Assembly (NCBI GenBank): GCA_030430255.1
Contig: JAUIGD010000001.1
Span: 1 to 59,345 of the forward strand
Reading direction: 5' to 3'
Length of the DNA: 59,345 nt
Source of the DNA: Verrucomicrobiia bacterium
Lineage (GTDB): Bacteria > Verrucomicrobiota > Verrucomicrobiia > Verrucomicrobiales > DEV007
Positions within the stretch are counted from its first letter, which is position 1, and every line of letters begins with the position of its first letter. Shown one piece after another: positions 55,816 through 59,345 of the stretch. Below the pieces are notes generated by a model, which was not told the origin of the DNA, ran no database searches, and saw only the letters and a program-made list of their open reading frames with translations. A program made the position numbers and the translations under genes.

Positions 55816-57383
55816 TACTCCGCGCCGATACAGTAGAGGTGGCCGTGTCCGCGCAGGAGCAGCCGGTCACCCGCCACGGCGGCCGAAGCGTCGAAGTTCT
55901 CGTCGAGTTCGTTGGTCGCCACCACCTCGAGTTGATCGCCGGACTTGATGACCACACAGTTGCCGTCGCGCCCGACCAGGTAGACATGCCCGTTCGCCCC
56001 GACCGGCGAGGCGTAAACCCCATTGATGCCTTCTACCCGCTCGCGCGAGTAGTGGACGTCCCCGGTCTTCGCATCGAGGCAGGTCAGCAGATTGGTGTTG
56101 CCTTGGAAGAAATACAACCGCCCCTCATAGAGCAGCGGCGAGGGCACGTAGGGCGTCCCCTCATCGGCCGTCCACACGACGCCCTCCCCTTCGCTGAGGT
56201 CGCCCTTCGCCCCCAGCCGGATCGCGCGCAGCTTGGCGCCGCGGAACCCGCTCATCGCGAACACCAGTTCGCCGTCGGTGACCGGCGACGGGATCACATT
56301 GCCGGTGAGCCCCTCCGTCCGCCAGATCACATCCCCCGACTTCAAATCGTAGGCGCAGACTTGCGTCTCGCTCGCCGTCACCACTTGCGTCGCCCCCTCG
56401 AACTCGACCACCAGAGGCGTGTACCAGGCCGTGGCGTTGTCGCGCTCCTTCCGCCAAAGCTCGTCGCCCGTATCCGCGTTCAAGGCGACGATGAACGAGT
56501 CGCCCTCGTGGTCCCAGGGCACCACCACCACATCCCCATGCAGCGCCGGCGAAGCGCCCTCACCGAAGCCAGCCCGGGTGCGCATATCCCCGAGGTCCCG
56601 CTCCCAAAGCTTGTTCCCTTCCATGTCGAACGCGAAGATCCCGCGCGAGCCGAAAGACACGATCAGCCGCTCCCCGTCGGTCACCGGCGAAGCCGACGCA
56701 AAACCGTGGTCGCGATGGTGCCCCTCGTGCGGCACCTCCTCCTTCGCCACCTTCCTCCACAGTTCTTCCCCGCTGCCGAGATCGTAGCAGAGCAACACAA
56801 ACTGGTGCACCTCCGTCGGCTGGCCGCCTCCCCCGAATCCGCCACCGCCGCCGCCGCCACCGCGGCGCCGCCCCCCCCCACCGGAGAAGCGCTCCCGCAC
56901 CGCCGCGCGCATGGCCTCCTGTTCCTCCTCATTTAACTTCCCGTCCGAATCCTTGTCGTACTCCTTCATCCAATCCGGGAGCGGGCCGTCGAAATTGAAA
57001 CGCCGCCGCGGAGGGCGCCGGTCGGGATCCTCGGGTGCCGGTGCCTGCACAAATTGCGCGCCGGGTTCGAAGCCGCCCGTCGCGGCGGCGCCGGTCTCGG
57101 CTCCCGCCTCCGCGTTTCTCCCCGTATTGATCGCCGCCGCGAGATAGATCTTGCCCCCCCAGACGATGGGCGTCCCCGTCCCGCTACCCGGCGTGGCCAC
57201 CTTCCACAACACGTTCTTCTCTTCCGACCACTCCGTGACCAGCTCGCCTGGAGCCACGCCGTCCGAGGCGGGCCCGCGCCACTGCGGCCAATTCGAATCC
57301 CCGGGCGAACCGCCCTCGGCGAACAGGTGACATGGGGTGATGGCGAACCCGAAGAACAACGCGGCGAAGGTGGAGCGATTCAT
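55815..57383 (-). CDS. PQQ-like/BamB-like beta-propeller repeat protein with an EF-hand-like and poly-Gly insertion
   Basis: ORF trimmed to MNRSTFAALFFGFAITPCHLFA. NWPQWRGP and repeated ...SPV..G..V(Y/F)... blades. The insert contains DKDSDGKLNEEE and GGGGRRRGGGGGGGGFGGGG. Confidence 0.8.
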   Translation of the reverse strand: MNRSTFAALFFGFAITPCHLFAEGGSPGDSNWPQWRGPASDGVAPGELVTEWSEEKNVLWKVATPGSGTGTPIVWGGKIYLAAAINTGRNAEAGAETGAAATGGFEPGAQFVQAPAPEDPDRRPPRRRFNFDGPLPDWMKEYDKDSDGKLNEEEQEAMRAAVRERFSGGGGRRRGGGGGGGGFGGGGQPTEVHQFVLLCYDLGSGEELWRKVAKEEVPHEGHHRDHGFASASPVTDGERLIVSFGSRGIFAFDMEGNKLWERDLGDMRTRAGFGEGASPALHGDVVVVPWDHEGDSFIVALNADTGDELWRKERDNATAWYTPLVVEFEGATQVVTASETQVCAYDLKSGDVIWRTEGLTGNVIPSPVTDGELVFAMSGFRGAKLRAIRLGAKGDLSEGEGVVWTADEGTPYVPSPLLYEGRLYFFQGNTNLLTCLDAKTGDVHYSRERVEGINGVYASPVGANGHVYLVGRDGNCVVIKSGDQLEVVATNELDENFDASAAVAGDRLLLRGHGHLYCIGAE

Positions 57384-57506
57384 GGCGGTAGGAGTTGGAA
57401 CGATCAGCGTGGATGATGAGGTGCGGGATCCCCGATCATGGGGATCCGACGGCGAAGGTGCCCCCGCCGACCTTATCAAACGATGACCGCCGAGGAGGGA
57501 TCGCCG

Positions 57507-58103
57507 CTATCGCTTGCCTCCACCCAACAGCATCCCGAGGCAACCGGACTTGCCGGCGCCTCCAGCGGCGCTGCCGACACCGCCTTTGAACAGCATCCCC
57601 CCCAAGTCGTCGAGAATGTTTCCGTCGCCGTCCTTGTCGAGCAAGCCGCCGATCATCCCCATCCCACCGCCGCCGCCACCGCCGCCGTCAGAACCTCCGC
57701 CCTTCTTCATCAACGCACCCAAAATCAGCGGCGCGAGCATCGGGATCAACTTCGCCCCCATCCCCGCGCTGAGACCCAGCTTCTGATCCATCAGCTGCCC
57801 GGCTTCACCGCCGCGGTCACCGAGGATCCCGCCCAGCGACGCGTCGAGCGCCCCCTCGTCCTGCTTGTCGAAGTAACCGCCCAGATCGTCGAGCGCACCC
57901 GCGTCCGCATGCTGGTTCAGCAGCTCACCGACCCGCGTCTCGCCGCCCTCGTCCGCCTGGCGCTTCAAGCCGCCGAGGATCAACGGCCCCGCCGCCTCCA
58001 AAGCCCCCTTCGCCTGCTCCGGTTTGAGCCCGAATTTGGACTGCAGTTGCTCGGCGACGCCGCCGCCGAGAGAATCTTGAAGTTCGTCGTAAAAACTAGC
58101 CAT
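57507..58103 (-). CDS. DUF937-like Gly-rich protein
   Basis: ORF trimmed to MASFYDELQDSLGGGVAEQLQSKFGL.PEQAKGALEAAGPLILGGL, with a Gly-rich repetitive remainder. Confidence 0.65.
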   Translation of the reverse strand: MASFYDELQDSLGGGVAEQLQSKFGLKPEQAKGALEAAGPLILGGLKRQADEGGETRVGELLNQHADAGALDDLGGYFDKQDEGALDASLGGILGDRGGEAGQLMDQKLGLSAGMGAKLIPMLAPLILGALMKKGGGSDGGGGGGGGMGMIGGLLDKDGDGNILDDLGGMLFKGGVGSAAGGAGKSGCLGMLLGGGKR

Positions 58104-58147
58104 GGTCGTTGGGGTAGGATGTTGAGTTCCGTTGCGCCTCCACCGCC

Positions 58148-59026
58148 ATGCTGGAGCGCACCGGGGAGGATGTAAATGCAAATCGACGCCCCCTCCCCCA
58201 CCGCCCTTTACAAGCCGCCCTCCGCAGCTTGATTGCCCCCGTGCCCTCCCCTCTGACCATCGCCGACCGCGAGTTCCGCTCCCGACTGCTCGTCGGGACC
58301 GGCAAGTTCTCCTCCAACGAGACCATGCGCGGCGCCCTCGACGCCTCGGGCGCCGAGATCGTGACGGTCGCCCTGCGCCGCGCCGACCTCTCCGGCAAAG
58401 GGGACCCGTACGCCGACATCCTCAGCTACATCGACCGCGAGCGCTTCCTGCTGCTGCCGAACACCAGCGGCGCCAACACCGCCGAGGAGGCCGTCCGCTT
58501 GGCGCGCCTCGCCGAGGCGGCCGGGCTGCCGAAGTGGGTCAAACTGGAGATCCACCCCGACCCGCGCTACCTGCTCCCCGACCCGATCGAGACGCTCAAG
58601 GCCGCCGGGCAACTCGTCGCCGACGGCTTCACCGTGCTGCCCTACATCAACGCCGACCCCGTCCTCGCCAAACGCCTGCAAGACCTCGGCACCGCCACCG
58701 TGATGCCGCTCGGCTCCCCGATCGGCTCGAACCGGGGCCTCGACGCCCGCCGCCAGATCGAGATCATCGTCGAGCAGGCCACCGTCCCGGTCGTGGTCGA
58801 TGCCGGCATCGGCGCGCCCAGCCACGCCGCCGAAGCGCGCGAGCTCGGCGCCGACGCCGTGCTGGTCAACACCGCCCTCGCCATCGCCGCCGACCCCTGC
58901 CGCATGGCAAAGGCGTTCAAAGCCGCCGTCGAAGCCGGCCGCGAAGCCTTCGAGATCGGTCTCCCCCAGCCCGGCGATACCGCTCAGGCGACCAGTCCTT
59001 TGGCGACGTTCCTCAGCGACCACTGA
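58148..59026 (+). CDS. thiG: thiazole synthase ThiG
   Basis: Motifs [25 protein letters not shown]...[16 protein letters not shown] and [23 protein letters not shown]. The start may be later than ATG 58148. Confidence 0.92.
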   Translation: MLERTGEDVNANRRPLPHRPLQAALRSLIAPVPSPLTIADREFRSRLLVGTGKFSSNETMRGALDASGAEIVTVALRRADLSGKGDPYADILSYIDRERFLLLPNTSGANTAEEAVRLARLAEAAGLPKWVKLEIHPDPRYLLPDPIETLKAAGQLVADGFTVLPYINADPVLAKRLQDLGTATVMPLGSPIGSNRGLDARRQIEIIVEQATVPVVVDAGIGAPSHAAEARELGADAVLVNTALAIAADPCRMAKAFKAAVEAGREAFEIGLPQPGDTAQATSPLATFLSDH

Positions 59027-59108
59027 GCAGGCGCAGGGCGCGGCGCCGCGACGCTTGCGCAGATAGTAAAGCGATCTTAAGTAACTCCCCCCGCAACGAG
59101 ATCGCCCG

Positions 59109-59345
59109 ATGACCCCGCTTTTCCGCAAATTGCTCGGCATGCTCTGGCCGCCGGTCATCCCTGTGGTGGCGCTGCTGCTCTTCTTCGGGGTCTCCGCCAT
59201 CTTCGCCGCCACCCGCCACGTCGACGACCCCGACCTGCTCGCCAAGTGGAGCGACCAGACGCGCTGGATCGGCATCGGCGTCATCTTCTACTTCGCCGCG
59301 AGCCTGATCGACTACCGCTGGATCCGCTGGGGGGCCCTGCCGATG
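59109..59345 (+). CDS. FtsW/RodA/SpoVE (SEDS) family protein, 5-prime partial (runs off the window)
   Basis: I translated this myself: MTPLFRKLLGMLWPPVIPVVALLLFFGVSAIFAAT...WIGIGVIFYFAASLIDYRWI. This is the typical SEDS N-terminal TM pattern. Confidence 0.6.
   Translation, partial: MTPLFRKLLGMLWPPVIPVVALLLFFGVSAIFAATRHVDDPDLLAKWSDQTRWIGIGVIFYFAASLIDYRWIRWGALPM

Overview
This is a high-GC chromosomal window. By inference it is PVC-type, probably Verrucomicrobiota, based on a DUF1501 protein, a sulfatase and secreted proteins ending in an RFYR-type tail. I support 45 protein genes, and found no rRNA, tRNA, CRISPR array, integrase or phage genes. Housekeeping genes are mrdA, secA, hemW, hisI, araD, pgsA, der, thiG, an rsmA-Nudix fusion and a partial SEDS (RodA/FtsW) gene. 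They are interleaved with envelope and signalling genes. All calls rest on motif recognition in the supplied ORF track and on reading the DNA; no database search was run. The main observations are listed here. (1) A DsbD/ScsB-like disulfide reductase has an in-frame TGA where its thioredoxin WCxxC motif should have the first Cys, making it a candidate selenoprotein (UxxC). (2) A 184-bp MITE-like palindromic element is present in two full and several partial copies. It has 4-bp flanking duplications (CTAG or CTGG), and its CTAG ends repeatedly coincide with host-gene TAG stop codons. (3) A translationally coupled minus-strand operon encodes a TolC-like protein, two PhnD-like binding proteins, a histidine kinase and a hybrid kinase. 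(4) A plus-strand block holds an OmpR-type two-component system, a PepSY/Ca-repeat protein, a TPCP-motif P1B ATPase and three secreted proteins. A near-identical 20-mer direct-repeat box occurs twice in this block. (5) A low-GC orphan gene with a winged-helix-like N-terminus has its own strong terminator. (6) A promoter-to-terminator unit looks like a small RNA. Many long antisense ORFs in the track are GC-driven shadows and were ignored.
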